Shown: positions 52,969 to 63,372 of the stretch, in pieces
Layout of the letters: every line of letters starts with the position of its first letter
Numbering within the stretch: position 1 is the first letter of the stretch
NCBI GenBank assembly: GCA_030693205.1
Contig: JAUYBG010000011.1
Coordinates: 56,793-120,792, forward strand
Direction: 5' to 3'
DNA length: 64,000 bases
DNA from: a bacterium
GTDB taxonomy: Bacteria; Patescibacteriota; Minisyncoccia; JAHIHE01
Position numbers and translations under genes: made by a program
Notes under the pieces: model-generated
What the model saw: the letters and a program-made list of their open reading frames with translations, nothing else
Database searches by the model: none
Told to the model about the DNA's origin: nothing

Positions 52969-54830
52969 ATTTTATATCTTGAATCGGTTAATAATTGATA
53001 ATATTTCCTGATAATGCGCCGCGCACCCACCGCGCTCCAGAGCTGCACCTTAGAAAGCGATACTTGCACGTTCGGCTGATCGGAAAACAATCTCGCGCTG
53101 CCATTATCATCCCAGTAAAGCTCGGGGATAGACCCCATTTTTTCAAAAGCGCCAAGAGTATTTTCCGAGGTTATCAAAATAGCCTTCTTGATCTTCCTGA
53201 TCAATTCCTTGTCCCACTCCTCAATGATCGCCGTTTTTAAAATCCGGCTTAAAGCCAAGATCGTAAAAGCAGTTTGTTTGACCCAGATCACCAATCCGTG
53301 ATACTCCGCCGTAGTATATCCGTAAGTATTATTTTTAGCGATAAGCAGCGGCCCTGATTCGGTATAAAAATACTTTTTATCCAGCAAACGATCGCAAAAA
53401 CTTTCGGCTTCTTCTTTCGACGCGATGCTGTAAGTATACAAATACGACTCATCCAGATGGTTCACCTCCATTTTTTTCCACAGGCTTTTTTTGCTCTTGG
53501 GTTCTGAATTATACAAAGCCAGCGCGTAAGCGATCCTGCCGTCAGCGTTTTTAAAAAGATACTCCTTTTTCTTATTCTGCCATTTCAAAATCAGCTTATC
53601 GATATCCGCGATCCTGATGCCCAGTTTTTCCTGGAAATCTTTGAGCACTTTCAGAGCTTCGGGGTAAAAAACCGCGTTAACATCAAAAGGTGCGATCCCT
53701 TCGGCGATTTTTTTAAAAGCCCAGGAACCATCCCGCCAATTGCCGGACTTCTGATATTTTTCTCCGGGTTTCTGCAGTTTGGAAGGCAGTTCTTTAAAAA
53801 TGATATAATTATGCGCCCTGGCGTTTTCGACGACATAATTGGCCGTGAGCTTTAATTTTTCCCTGTTTTCTTTATTGAGAAAAAAATCGTTCGACAAGAA
53901 TTTCATTCCGAGAATATAGTGCGGCTCGATATCGATCATATGCCGGTCCAGAATATCTTTGCCGGCAATTTCAAATTCATATTTATATTCCCCGACCACA
54001 TCCTCATGCCACCCTTCGCCTTTTTTATTGACATTTTTTAGCGACGCTTCGTACATATAGCTCCTGACCTCGTCATTTAGGTCGTGAGTTCCCAGATCGG
54101 CGGATTCCATCCAATCGCGCGGGAATATCGTTCCGAAACGATCCCCGGATGTTTTACTCCAGCTGATCAAATGCTTTATTTCTTTTTCCGTTCTCAGCCA
54201 TATTTTTTTTATCAATTCTTCCCTTTTCCCGAAAACTCCGAAATCCAGCTCTTCCTCTTTGATATTAAAAAAATTGCCGAATTTTTTGCAATTAATATCA
54301 TTGGTTGACGCCTTGATCAAAAAGTTTATTTTCTTTTCTTTGCTCGAAAGCTCAAACCCTTTATACGGTTTTACGATTTTTTTTATTTTTATGTTTTTGT
54401 TAAATTCAAAAATTGATTCATAGTAAAAATCTTCGTCATAAAACCGCCTGAAACTTATGCTGGAAACGCCATTGTTCTTCTTAAGCTTAATAAACTGCGG
54501 GATCGACCGCTTAAATTCGCGCCTTATTTCCAAAAAAGACTTCGTGTGGTCTTTGCCTTCTTTTTTTAGCTGGCGCATCGTCCTGATGTCATCCATGGCC
54601 GGATAATATAAATTTATGCTGGAAGCGGTAAAAAACCCTTTCACGTATAAAACATTGTTTTTCTCGGCTACGTTTTTAATTTTTATTTTATGGAAAGGAA
54701 TATCGATCAACCCGCAATATAAATGATTATTCGGGCCAATGATCCTGAATTGCCCGATTTCGTCAAAGTCGACATAATAGCCGCCCGCGATCCATAAAGT
54801 TTCTTCAAGTTTTGTGTCATTGCGATCCAT
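52965..54830 (-). CDS. Putative (alpha/alpha)6-barrel glycoside hydrolase (amylo-alpha-1,6-glucosidase-like)
   Basis: FGTIFPRD, GEGWHE, GNWRDG, PFDVNA, YHGLVIW, IPELY, QLWSAVG. Confidence 0.65.
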   Translation of the reverse strand: MDRNDTKLEETLWIAGGYYVDFDEIGQFRIIGPNNHLYCGLIDIPFHKIKIKNVAEKNNVLYVKGFFTASSINLYYPAMDDIRTMRQLKKEGKDHTKSFLEIRREFKRSIPQFIKLKKNNGVSSISFRRFYDEDFYYESIFEFNKNIKIKKIVKPYKGFELSSKEKKINFLIKASTNDINCKKFGNFFNIKEEELDFGVFGKREELIKKIWLRTEKEIKHLISWSKTSGDRFGTIFPRDWMESADLGTHDLNDEVRSYMYEASLKNVNKKGEGWHEDVVGEYKYEFEIAGKDILDRHMIDIEPHYILGMKFLSNDFFLNKENREKLKLTANYVVENARAHNYIIFKELPSKLQKPGEKYQKSGNWRDGSWAFKKIAEGIAPFDVNAVFYPEALKVLKDFQEKLGIRIADIDKLILKWQNKKKEYLFKNADGRIAYALALYNSEPKSKKSLWKKMEVNHLDESYLYTYSIASKEEAESFCDRLLDKKYFYTESGPLLIAKNNTYGYTTAEYHGLVIWVKQTAFTILALSRILKTAIIEEWDKELIRKIKKAILITSENTLGAFEKMGSIPELYWDDNGSARLFSDQPNVQVSLSKVQLWSAVGARRIIRKYYQLLTDSRYKI

Positions 54831-54884
54831 AAGCTTGATAGATATACGCTCTTAATTTAACCTTATTCTTTTTATATTATATCT

Positions 54885-55976
54885 TTATTTGTTTTTCTTT
54901 ACAATTTTTTCATACACTTTTTCGTATTTTTCCACCATTTTCTCCAAAGTAAAATTTTCTTCCACGTGCCGCCGGCAAGCAGCCCGATCAATCTTATCGA
55001 CCTTTTTAACCGCCTCGGCCATTCCTTCAATATTCGGTTCGCCTTTTTTATTAAGCGGAGGAACGATGAATCCGGTTACTCCATCCTTTATCACTTCCCT
55101 GACCGAGCCTCTGTCAAATGCGACGACTGGCGTGCCGCAAGCCATCGCCTCGATCATCACCAAGCCGAACGGTTCTTCCCACTGGATCGGAAAAATAAAA
55201 GCCTTCGCTTTCCGATACAGCTTGGGAAGTTCGACGGGAGAGATCATTCCTTCATAGCTGATATCGCCTCCGATAAACGGTTTGATTTTTTCTTCCCAAT
55301 GAACAGGATCAAGAATTTCTCCGGCAATTTTTAGAGGCATTCCGGACATTTGAGCGATTTTTATCGCCAGATCAAACCCTTTCAACGGCACAATACGCGA
55401 CGCTTCAAACAAATAATCCCCGCCTTCTCCGTCAAATTCATACTTTTTAATATCAATGCCATTATAGACCGTATCGGCATAATTTATTTTCTTGCTCGGC
55501 CCGCGCTGAGAATCGCTGATCGAAACAAAATTAATATTCTTATTCTTTGAATAAAGCTCATAGACAAATTTTCTCCAGCAAGAGATCGGGTCATGAAGAG
55601 TAAAAACCGTCGGCGCTGAACTGTTGACCGCGAAATTAATGGCGATATCAACCGGATGGATATGCACAATATCAAACTCTCCTTTTTGGGCGCGCCGATA
55701 AATTTCCGATACGTATATTTGCTCGTAAAAATTGATCACCCGGTCTTTCCGAATATCAATGCACCCGGGCAACGTCGGATGCGTTTCCAGCGGCGGCAAT
55801 CCCAAATCAACCACTTTTCCCTTGGACTTTGAGCCCTTGGCGCCAAATAAAGTGACTTCGTGCCCTCTTTTCGCCATTTCGTCGGCCAAAAAACTGGCAA
55901 TCCAAAGCGGAGCAAAAATCACGTCTTCTTTTGGAGGCGTGGGATATCGCCCGCTGCAAAACATTGCAATACGCAT
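54885..55976 (-). CDS. Glycosyltransferase family 4
   Basis: RGHEVTLF, TVYNGID, WEEPFGLVMIEAMACGTPV. Confidence 0.95.
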   Translation of the reverse strand: MRIAMFCSGRYPTPPKEDVIFAPLWIASFLADEMAKRGHEVTLFGAKGSKSKGKVVDLGLPPLETHPTLPGCIDIRKDRVINFYEQIYVSEIYRRAQKGEFDIVHIHPVDIAINFAVNSSAPTVFTLHDPISCWRKFVYELYSKNKNINFVSISDSQRGPSKKINYADTVYNGIDIKKYEFDGEGGDYLFEASRIVPLKGFDLAIKIAQMSGMPLKIAGEILDPVHWEEKIKPFIGGDISYEGMISPVELPKLYRKAKAFIFPIQWEEPFGLVMIEAMACGTPVVAFDRGSVREVIKDGVTGFIVPPLNKKGEPNIEGMAEAVKKVDKIDRAACRRHVEENFTLEKMVEKYEKVYEKIVKKNK

Positions 55977-55980
55977 ATTT

Positions 55981-56922
55981 TTATAAATTTTTAATTGCTT
56001 GATTAAAAGCTGTTAAAATTTTAGCTATTCCTTTCTTTCGGTTTTTCTCGCTGGCATGCGATGATTGCATAAATATCGTGATCATTTTAGGGGCTAATTT
56101 CAATATTGAGAGGAAGAAGCACTTTAAAAATACTTCTTTGTTCTCAGCCCGTTTCATCTCAAGAGCGAATAACTTTTCTCTCCAACCCTCATTAAGCCAG
56201 AACAAGAACCACACAAAAGCCAGATCAATATAGGGATTATCCAAGTGAGCGTATTTCCAGTCATGAACGACTATCTTGCCCTTGTTATAGACAAAATTTC
56301 CCGGATGAAGATCGCCGTGCGCCAAGTAATTATTGTTTTTTTCCAAAAATTTTTCATACTTATCGAATATCTCCAAAACTTTTTTTTGCTGTTTGGCGTT
56401 TATGAATTTCTTGGCTACGCGCAGATAATCTAAAAAATATTTTTTATACGTGGTGACATTGTGTTTTTCGAACAACCGATAATTATCGTCTTTTTTTTGA
56501 CGATTGAATTTATCCGAAATATCATTGCGCACGAAATCCAAAAAATTTGAAATTTCTTCCGGCGATATTTTTTTAACGAATTCCCGGCTGAATCCCCATA
56601 CATCGCCCATTCTTTTCCCTTCCGTGTATTCTCTGATCATCCACTCCGGTTTTTTCACGATTTCGCTTTTATAATATTTAGGCGTAATAAAAAACTTATT
56701 ATGAAAAAAATTTTCTGACAAAAACTTCGTAAGTATCACCTCTTTGATAAAACTTTTATGGCTTACCAACTTCGGATAAAGGCGGATTTTTATGTAAACC
56801 GTTTCTTTTTTTCGGTTCAGGCAGACAGAAGCATAATTGTGATATCGGGAACTGACATTTACAACTTCAACTAATTTTTGCTTTTTTAGTATTGCTTCGA
56901 CTTCGGATAGTTTTTTTGCCAT
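55981..56922 (-). CDS. Aminoglycoside phosphotransferase/choline kinase-like protein
   Basis: VYIKI, catalytic LAHGDLHPGN, HDWKYA..DNPYIDLA. Confidence 0.85.
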   Translation of the reverse strand: MAKKLSEVEAILKKQKLVEVVNVSSRYHNYASVCLNRKKETVYIKIRLYPKLVSHKSFIKEVILTKFLSENFFHNKFFITPKYYKSEIVKKPEWMIREYTEGKRMGDVWGFSREFVKKISPEEISNFLDFVRNDISDKFNRQKKDDNYRLFEKHNVTTYKKYFLDYLRVAKKFINAKQQKKVLEIFDKYEKFLEKNNNYLAHGDLHPGNFVYNKGKIVVHDWKYAHLDNPYIDLAFVWFLFWLNEGWREKLFALEMKRAENKEVFLKCFFLSILKLAPKMITIFMQSSHASEKNRKKGIAKILTAFNQAIKNL

Positions 56923-57010
56923 AATAGCTATTAAGACCTAAAATAATGGAATTGAATCATTCCACCACCTCTGGAAATCATTAAATTATTTAATTAATCC
57001 AAACACGGCG

Positions 57011-57039
57011 CATCTCCTCTTTTTCGCGAAGAGGAGATG
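57011..57039. terminator. Strong hairpin downstream of the 345-aa gene (terminator or processing stem)
   Basis: catctcctctt-tttcgcg-aagaggagatg; no clear U tract. Confidence 0.5.
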
Positions 57040-57067
57040 AAATTTATCCGCATGATCATTATGGTTA

Positions 57068-58105
57068 TTATTCAGCGGCTGAATCTTTTTTCTCGATCTT
57101 TCCTTTAACAGCCTTAATTTCTCCAAGCTTAACCATATTTTCGATGATCTTCATATTGCATCCCTGGTAAGAAAACTTCCAGTAGTCGCCTTTTTTTCTG
57201 GCGTTATCAAGCAGATCATTCATTTTTTCCCAATTTTTATCATCAAGTTTTATCCGGCTTCTGAGCTCAGGGAAACACTCTGCCACATATCTGATCCTTG
57301 AAGCCAATTCCCATGCATTTACTTTCTTCCCGGCCGCCTCGTCACCCTTCAATTCCTCAATATGTTCCAGCATACCTTCTTTATCGCTCGAATCGAACAA
57401 AGATCGGGAGATATCGCCAAATTTTTCCGGATCAAGATTATTCATATGCCCCATACGCGGGATAACCTTATGCCAGTCTTTTTTACCGATCAGATCTCCC
57501 AAATCTTTAACCATTTCTTTCCATTCTTTTTCGCCAATTTCAAAACTACTCTCCTTGAATTCTTTCTCATTCAAAATATCCTTTAAATAACTTGATTGAA
57601 ATTCCCGGATCCATGCTTGTTCTGACTTGATCTCATTTTTAATTCGCTCCGACAATTGAAATTGTTCTTCCGGAGTATTTTCATCTGTCTGTATTCGTCC
57701 TACTTTTCGCTTCTCTTTCATCCAATCTTCCTCAACTTTTTTGGTTTTAGCCTTAACAGCATCTTCAATGTCTTTTTCCATTCTTTCCTTACAATTCTTA
57801 ATATCCCCTTCAGACAATTCTACTTTTTCTATTCCGGCTTCCGGCGCTTCTTTTCTTAGACGAGCAAGCGCCGAGGCTTCAAAAGCCAAGCTTTGTTTGC
57901 CCTCTGTCCCCTCTTTTTTCTTTTCTGATTCCATCTGAGCTTCAATGCCTTTTATATCTTCCGGTCTTATTTCCAGCTCTTCAAGCGTTATTTCCTGATC
58001 GATTTCAGCAATTTCAGGATTCTTTCCCTTCCCTTCCTCTTCAAAAAATTCTTCAGGGAATTGAAATTTCGAATAATCTTCCCTGCCTCTTTTTTCTCGT
58101 TCCAT
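57068..58105 (-). CDS. Highly charged Glu/Lys-rich hypothetical protein
   Basis: 345-aa ORF with no TM helix and no recognised motif. Confidence 0.75.
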   Translation of the reverse strand: MEREKRGREDYSKFQFPEEFFEEEGKGKNPEIAEIDQEITLEELEIRPEDIKGIEAQMESEKKKEGTEGKQSLAFEASALARLRKEAPEAGIEKVELSEGDIKNCKERMEKDIEDAVKAKTKKVEEDWMKEKRKVGRIQTDENTPEEQFQLSERIKNEIKSEQAWIREFQSSYLKDILNEKEFKESSFEIGEKEWKEMVKDLGDLIGKKDWHKVIPRMGHMNNLDPEKFGDISRSLFDSSDKEGMLEHIEELKGDEAAGKKVNAWELASRIRYVAECFPELRSRIKLDDKNWEKMNDLLDNARKKGDYWKFSYQGCNMKIIENMVKLGEIKAVKGKIEKKDSAAE

Positions 58106-58151
58106 ATTTTTATCATTTACTTCACGCTTCCTGAGAGCGTGAAATTATTTA

Positions 58152-59234
58152 TTAAAAGCTTTTATTTTTACTAAGTATTTTTTCGTAAATTTTTTCATAA
58201 GCATCGGTCATTTTTGAAGCGGTAAAATTATCCAAAAAATACTGATGGCAAGCTGACCTGTCGATCTCGTTGATTTTTTTCATTGCCTCTACCAATCCGT
58301 CAATGTTGGTTTTTTTATTTTTATCCAATGGTTTGACTATAAAACCGGATTTGCCTTCGCTTACCACTTCTCTCACCGAACCTCTGTCAAAAGCGATCAC
58401 CGGCGTGCCGGAAGCCATCGCCTCGATCATTACCAGGCCAAACGGCTCTTCCCATTCGATCGGATACAGCAAAGCCTTGGCATTAGAGAAAAACTCGAAC
58501 TTTTGCTTTTGGTTTATTTCGCCGACATATCTTATCTTTTTATTCAAGCGCGGCTTGATTTGAGTATTAAAAAAATCCAATTTCGCAATATCGATCCGTC
58601 CGGCGATATCCAAACGCGCTCCTATTTTTTCGGCCGCGAGAACCGCGTTAAAAACTCCTTTCACCTCGTCAATCCTGGCAATCCAAATAAACTTATCGTC
58701 GGGGTTTAAATTAAACTTATATTTTTTTGGATCCAGCCCATTGTAAGCATTGCCGACAAAATTCAAATTTATCATGGAGTTCTCTCTTTGCTTGAAGCTG
58801 ATCGACACGAAATTATTTTTTCTGTAATGGCGATAGGTAAAAATCCTGCCGGCGTATTTTCTCTTGGTATGCATATTATTATGCATCGTGCTTATTACCG
58901 GCGTTTTGATCAAAGGAATAAAAAATTGGTCGTAAAGATCAACGTGAGAGTGAATAATATCAAACTCATCCGCGCGCTCAAAAGCTCTCGCGACGTTCAT
59001 CATATCATAAGAAGTTTCTTTCCATGGAATTTTATCCCTTAGAAGAGCTCTGGGATAAATAGAAACGAGTTTAGCCGATGTTTTTGAATCTCCGCTGGCA
59101 AACAGCGTAACCTCATGTCCGCGGCGCACCAATTCTTCGGTCAAAGAAGAAATTACCAGCTCGGTTCCTCCATATTTGGCCGGCGGAACCGAAACCCACA
59201 TTGGCGCGATTTGCGCGATTTTTAGTTTTTTCAT
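58152..59234 (-). CDS. Glycosyltransferase family 4
   Basis: KIAQIAP...VPPAKYGGTE, WEEPFGLVMIEAMASGTPV. Confidence 0.95.
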   Translation of the reverse strand: MKKLKIAQIAPMWVSVPPAKYGGTELVISSLTEELVRRGHEVTLFASGDSKTSAKLVSIYPRALLRDKIPWKETSYDMMNVARAFERADEFDIIHSHVDLYDQFFIPLIKTPVISTMHNNMHTKRKYAGRIFTYRHYRKNNFVSISFKQRENSMINLNFVGNAYNGLDPKKYKFNLNPDDKFIWIARIDEVKGVFNAVLAAEKIGARLDIAGRIDIAKLDFFNTQIKPRLNKKIRYVGEINQKQKFEFFSNAKALLYPIEWEEPFGLVMIEAMASGTPVIAFDRGSVREVVSEGKSGFIVKPLDKNKKTNIDGLVEAMKKINEIDRSACHQYFLDNFTASKMTDAYEKIYEKILSKNKSF

Positions 59235-59302
59235 TCAATATCCTTTCCAATCCCTTGCTCGTAAATGTTGCAAAAATAAGGAAACTTAATTATTAACCTT
59301 GC

Positions 59303-60787
59303 CTACTTGGGAGTACCGGGCGGTACTTTCAAGCTCGATAGCTCCAAAATAAATTTTGACGCCCACCGATAAACATTCTTTTCTTTAACGATCTCTTTCA
59401 TTTTATTCATGCGTTCAACTCGTTCTTTGGCAGGCATCTCCAGAGCACTCTTGATCGCATCCGCCATCTCATCAACGTCATAAGGATTCACCAGCACCGC
59501 ATCGCTTAACTCTCTGGCCGTACCGGTAAAATGCGAGAGCACTAGCATGCCTTTTTCCGGATCAGCGGCGGCAACGAACTCTTTAGCCACAATATTCATT
59601 CCGTCGTCCAGCGAATTAACCATGCAAATATCGGCGTTTTTATAGAAAGGAATGAGCTCTTCGATGCTGAATATATCATCGGTAAAGCTTATCGGATACC
59701 AAGAACTGGAATAATATTTCCAGTTTATCCTTTCAACCAAATTTTTAATATCCTTCAGTAAATTTTGATACATAGGAATGCGCATCCTGGAACGCGGAGC
59801 AATTCCCAAATAAACGAATTTTTTCTGATACTCGGGATATTTTTCCAGAAACCGGTCAATAGCTTTGAGGCGTTCGATCGTTCCTTTGATATAATCAACC
59901 CTCTCAACGCTTAAGCATAAGTATTTGTAATTACTGCTGATATATTTTTCGGTCAGCTTCTGCCTGGTTTTCCGGCTTTTGCCCGCCAGCGAATTGATCA
60001 ACTCATAGTCTATGCCGATTGGAAAAGCTTTTACTATAGTATTATGGTCTTTGTAAGAAACCACCGAGCGCTCGTGGTCTACCTTCGCTTCAAGCTCTTT
60101 GGCAATACTGTTAAAAAAATTGGTGCAATAATAACCCAGATGGAATCCCAGCAAATCGTTCGCCAAAAGTCCTTCTAAAATTTCTTTTTTCCAAGGACAA
60201 ATCCTGAAAATTTCGGCAGCCGGCCAGGGAGTATGCCAAAATTGCGCCACGATCAAATCCGGCCTTTTCGCCTTGAGATATTTTGCGACCAGCGCAAAAT
60301 GATAATCTTGGATCCAAATAAACGCCTTAGCCGAACCCACTTTTTTCAAAACAGCTTCGGCGAATTTTTCGTTTACTTTCTTGTAACACTCCCATTCCGC
60401 CTGATTAAAATTAGGCCGAACGTGAGCCAAATGGCAAAGGGGCCAAAGAGTGCCGTTTGAGAACCCGTCATAATAACAATCCTGCTCTTTTTTGCTAAGC
60501 CAGACTCTTTTAAGAGTATAGCGGGGGTTTTCCGGCGGAACCATTATCTCGTCGTTTTTATCGACTACTTCCTTGTCCGCATCACCGCTGCCGTTAGCGA
60601 TCCAAACTCCTTTTGTGGTTTGCATGATGTAATCCAAAGGAGTTACCGCTCCGCTTACCGCCCGAATGCACTTTATTTTGTTTTCGCTGTAAATATGGCT
60701 ATAAGGTTCGCGGTTGGAAATGACCACGAACATATGATCTTTTAATTTTTCTTTAATAACCTCTTTAAGCGAGTCTCTTGTCCACAT
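59303..60787 (-). CDS. otsA: Trehalose-6-phosphate synthase (GT20)
   Basis: ISNREP, YYDGFSNGTLWPLCH, IWIQDYHF, FWHTPWP, VERVDYIKG, DGMNIVAKEF, LVNPYD. Confidence 0.95.
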   Translation of the reverse strand: MWTRDSLKEVIKEKLKDHMFVVISNREPYSHIYSENKIKCIRAVSGAVTPLDYIMQTTKGVWIANGSGDADKEVVDKNDEIMVPPENPRYTLKRVWLSKKEQDCYYDGFSNGTLWPLCHLAHVRPNFNQAEWECYKKVNEKFAEAVLKKVGSAKAFIWIQDYHFALVAKYLKAKRPDLIVAQFWHTPWPAAEIFRICPWKKEILEGLLANDLLGFHLGYYCTNFFNSIAKELEAKVDHERSVVSYKDHNTIVKAFPIGIDYELINSLAGKSRKTRQKLTEKYISSNYKYLCLSVERVDYIKGTIERLKAIDRFLEKYPEYQKKFVYLGIAPRSRMRIPMYQNLLKDIKNLVERINWKYYSSSWYPISFTDDIFSIEELIPFYKNADICMVNSLDDGMNIVAKEFVAAADPEKGMLVLSHFTGTARELSDAVLVNPYDVDEMADAIKSALEMPAKERVERMNKMKEIVKEKNVYRWASKFILELSSLKVPPGTPK

Positions 60788-60853
60788 TGTAGTTTTATAA
60801 ATTTTAAATTTTAAAACGGTTCTAAATATTAGGAATGTCTTTTATAACTATAC

Positions 60854-62116
60854 TTACATTTTATGGGTTTCCTTTATAAACACTTCTGCCACTGCATTGG
60901 TCCAGCCAAAACCGGATTGGGGCGGATACCTGTCAAAAGGAACTTTTTCGCCGCTTTCCTCTTCGCCGTCGTATTTCTCCCAGATCTTCCCGGTTTTTTT
61001 CCAATTATCGTAAACCAGTTTCACAAAATCTTTGTTTATTTTTTCTGCCTCTTTCGCGTACCCGTATTTTTCCATTCCTTTGGCCGCTACGTACTGAAGC
61101 GGAGCCCAAACTATCGGATAATTCCACTGCCGGTCTTGATAGCCATAATCTTTATCACAAGCGGCCAAGCCTTTTTTGGTCTCAAAAATTTTAAGATTAT
61201 CTTTCATTTTTTCCGCTTGTTCCTGGCTGGCCAATCCCGTAAACATCGCCTGATAGCCGGCCAATGATTTTATTTTTTTTTGCTCGCCGGTTCTGTAATT
61301 ATAATCATAAAATAAACCATCTTCCTCGCTCCACATCAATTCGTTGATAGTTTTTTTCCTTTCTTCCGATTTTTTATTCCAAATCATTGCCTCATCTTCC
61401 TGGCCAAGTTCTTGGGCAAATTTTTCAAATTCTTTTTCGTATTGATATAAATTGCAATTTAAGTCTATCGGCAACAAGTCATGGACATCTTCGTCGTCAA
61501 ATCTCGGCGACATATCCCAAGACGCTTCGGCGCGGGATTTATAAGTATGCGGTTTTTTATAATCTCCAATTGGCTTATCGCCGCTTTCATCGTAAAAACG
61601 GCTTAAACCGGAAGGCGTTAAATGAGATCCGTCCAGCCAGTATTCATTATACTCTTTTTTTACCAAATCAAAAGCTTTTTCCAGCCATTTTTTATCGTGA
61701 GAATCTTCATAAGCGTCCCTGATCATCGGCGCTAAATACGGCGTTTGCGAACGGGTAGACCATTTTTTCTTATTCGCGTTCAGCGCCTTGCCATAATTCT
61801 CTACCTGATATAAGCAATTGTCAACCATACCCTTGATCAAATCCTGCCTGCCTTCCTCGGTTTTCAGTCCTTTTATTATAAAATAACTGTCCCAATAGAA
61901 CATCGTATTGAATTTTTCTTGATTGGGAGCGACGTATTTTTCCGGCAAATACAAGATATCGTCGGCGTTATCGCTATCCCTGGTAGCGTTTTTAGCTTCA
62001 AAAATAAAATCATCCCATTTTTTTTCAATAAATGCTAAAAGCTCCTTGGCTTGTTCTTTACTAATTTCTTTTTCCATATCATTTTCTTTTTCAGTTTTAA
62101 ATTCGTTTTCTCGCAT
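60854..62116 (-). CDS. Alpha,alpha-trehalase (GH37)
   Basis: MFYWDSYFII.GL, RSQTPYL, AEASWDMSPRF, PIDLNC, QWNYPIVWAPLQ, WEKYD, GFGWTNAV. Confidence 0.92.
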   Translation of the reverse strand: MRENEFKTEKENDMEKEISKEQAKELLAFIEKKWDDFIFEAKNATRDSDNADDILYLPEKYVAPNQEKFNTMFYWDSYFIIKGLKTEEGRQDLIKGMVDNCLYQVENYGKALNANKKKWSTRSQTPYLAPMIRDAYEDSHDKKWLEKAFDLVKKEYNEYWLDGSHLTPSGLSRFYDESGDKPIGDYKKPHTYKSRAEASWDMSPRFDDEDVHDLLPIDLNCNLYQYEKEFEKFAQELGQEDEAMIWNKKSEERKKTINELMWSEEDGLFYDYNYRTGEQKKIKSLAGYQAMFTGLASQEQAEKMKDNLKIFETKKGLAACDKDYGYQDRQWNYPIVWAPLQYVAAKGMEKYGYAKEAEKINKDFVKLVYDNWKKTGKIWEKYDGEEESGEKVPFDRYPPQSGFGWTNAVAEVFIKETHKM

Positions 62117-62235
62117 AAATTAAATCTATTGGCATATCTTAAAAGCGAAGCCAATTTATTTTTGATTGTACAAGGGGATTCAGGGGTTACCCCTATACAA
62201 GCAAAAATAATTGGCGAGCTTTGCCTTACAAAAAA

Positions 62236-63321
62236 TTAAACCTTTTTCAAATAACTAGCTAAAACTTTCTCATACACTCTTTCGTATCCTTCAGCCATCG
62301 CTTTGGCGCTAAAATGTTGGACCGCGTGTTTCTGGCAAAAAGCGCGGTCGATTTTGCCTATCTTTCCGACCGCTTCCGCCATCTCATCGATATTTTTGAC
62401 GATAAATCCGGTTTTTCCTTCAATGATCTGTTCCCTGACCGGTCCGTTATCAAAAGCGATTACCGGCGTGCCGCAAGCCATGGCTTCGATAGTCACAAGG
62501 CCAAACGGTTCGTTCCAGTTTATCGGATTCAATAATGCTTTAGCATTCCTTAGAAGCTCAATTTTTTCTTTATCACCAAGCTCGCCTAAATAAACAATTT
62601 GTTTTCCATCGATGTGCGGTTTTACTTTTTCTTCATAATATTTCTTGTATTCCTCATTGGCCCAGTCGATCTTTCCACCCATTATTAATTTCATGCCGGT
62701 TTTCTTGGCGACCTGGATCGCTTCGTATGTGCCTTTATCGTGGCAAAATCTTCCCAGCCACGCCAAATAATTTTCCGGCTTAGGGTTGAACTTGAATTCA
62801 GAAAAATCAAGACCGTTATAAACTGTGCCCGCGTAATTTAAAAAACTCAAAGTTCTCTGCGCATTAGAAATAGTGACAAAATTATTTTTTTTATATTTTT
62901 TTAAAAGAAGCAATCTGTCTTGTTTTGCCGGATCGTTCTCTCCCGGCATAACAAAATGAATTGTGACCACAACCGGAGTTTTAATCCAACTGGCAAACGC
63001 AAGCGCTACATAGTCTTGCCTAGTGTTCAGATGCATGTGAATAACATCAAACTGATCGGCTTTGTCGAATGCGTTTGTTATGTGCAAAAGCGGATATAAT
63101 GGATTGCTCCACGGAATTCCATCGCGATAAAGAGCTCTGGGATAAACTGATTCCAATTTTCCTGAAGTTTTTGAATCGCCTGTGGCAAAAAGAGTCACGT
63201 CGTGCCCGTGCCGCACCAGTTCTTCGGTTAAATTATAAACAATTCTCTCTGTCCCTCCATAAAGCGGCGGCGGAGTGGTTTCCCAAATAGCTCCAACTTG
63301 CGCGATGCGAAGTTTTTTCAT
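62236..63321 (-). CDS. Glycosyltransferase family 4
   Basis: RIAQVG..WETTPPPLYGGTE, WNEPFGLVTIEAMACGTPV. Confidence 0.95.
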   Translation of the reverse strand: MKKLRIAQVGAIWETTPPPLYGGTERIVYNLTEELVRHGHDVTLFATGDSKTSGKLESVYPRALYRDGIPWSNPLYPLLHITNAFDKADQFDVIHMHLNTRQDYVALAFASWIKTPVVVTIHFVMPGENDPAKQDRLLLLKKYKKNNFVTISNAQRTLSFLNYAGTVYNGLDFSEFKFNPKPENYLAWLGRFCHDKGTYEAIQVAKKTGMKLIMGGKIDWANEEYKKYYEEKVKPHIDGKQIVYLGELGDKEKIELLRNAKALLNPINWNEPFGLVTIEAMACGTPVIAFDNGPVREQIIEGKTGFIVKNIDEMAEAVGKIGKIDRAFCQKHAVQHFSAKAMAEGYERVYEKVLASYLKKV

Positions 63322-63372
63322 AAATATGTTTTACAGATTATTTTCCTATAAATTTTATACTTTAGTCAGAGG

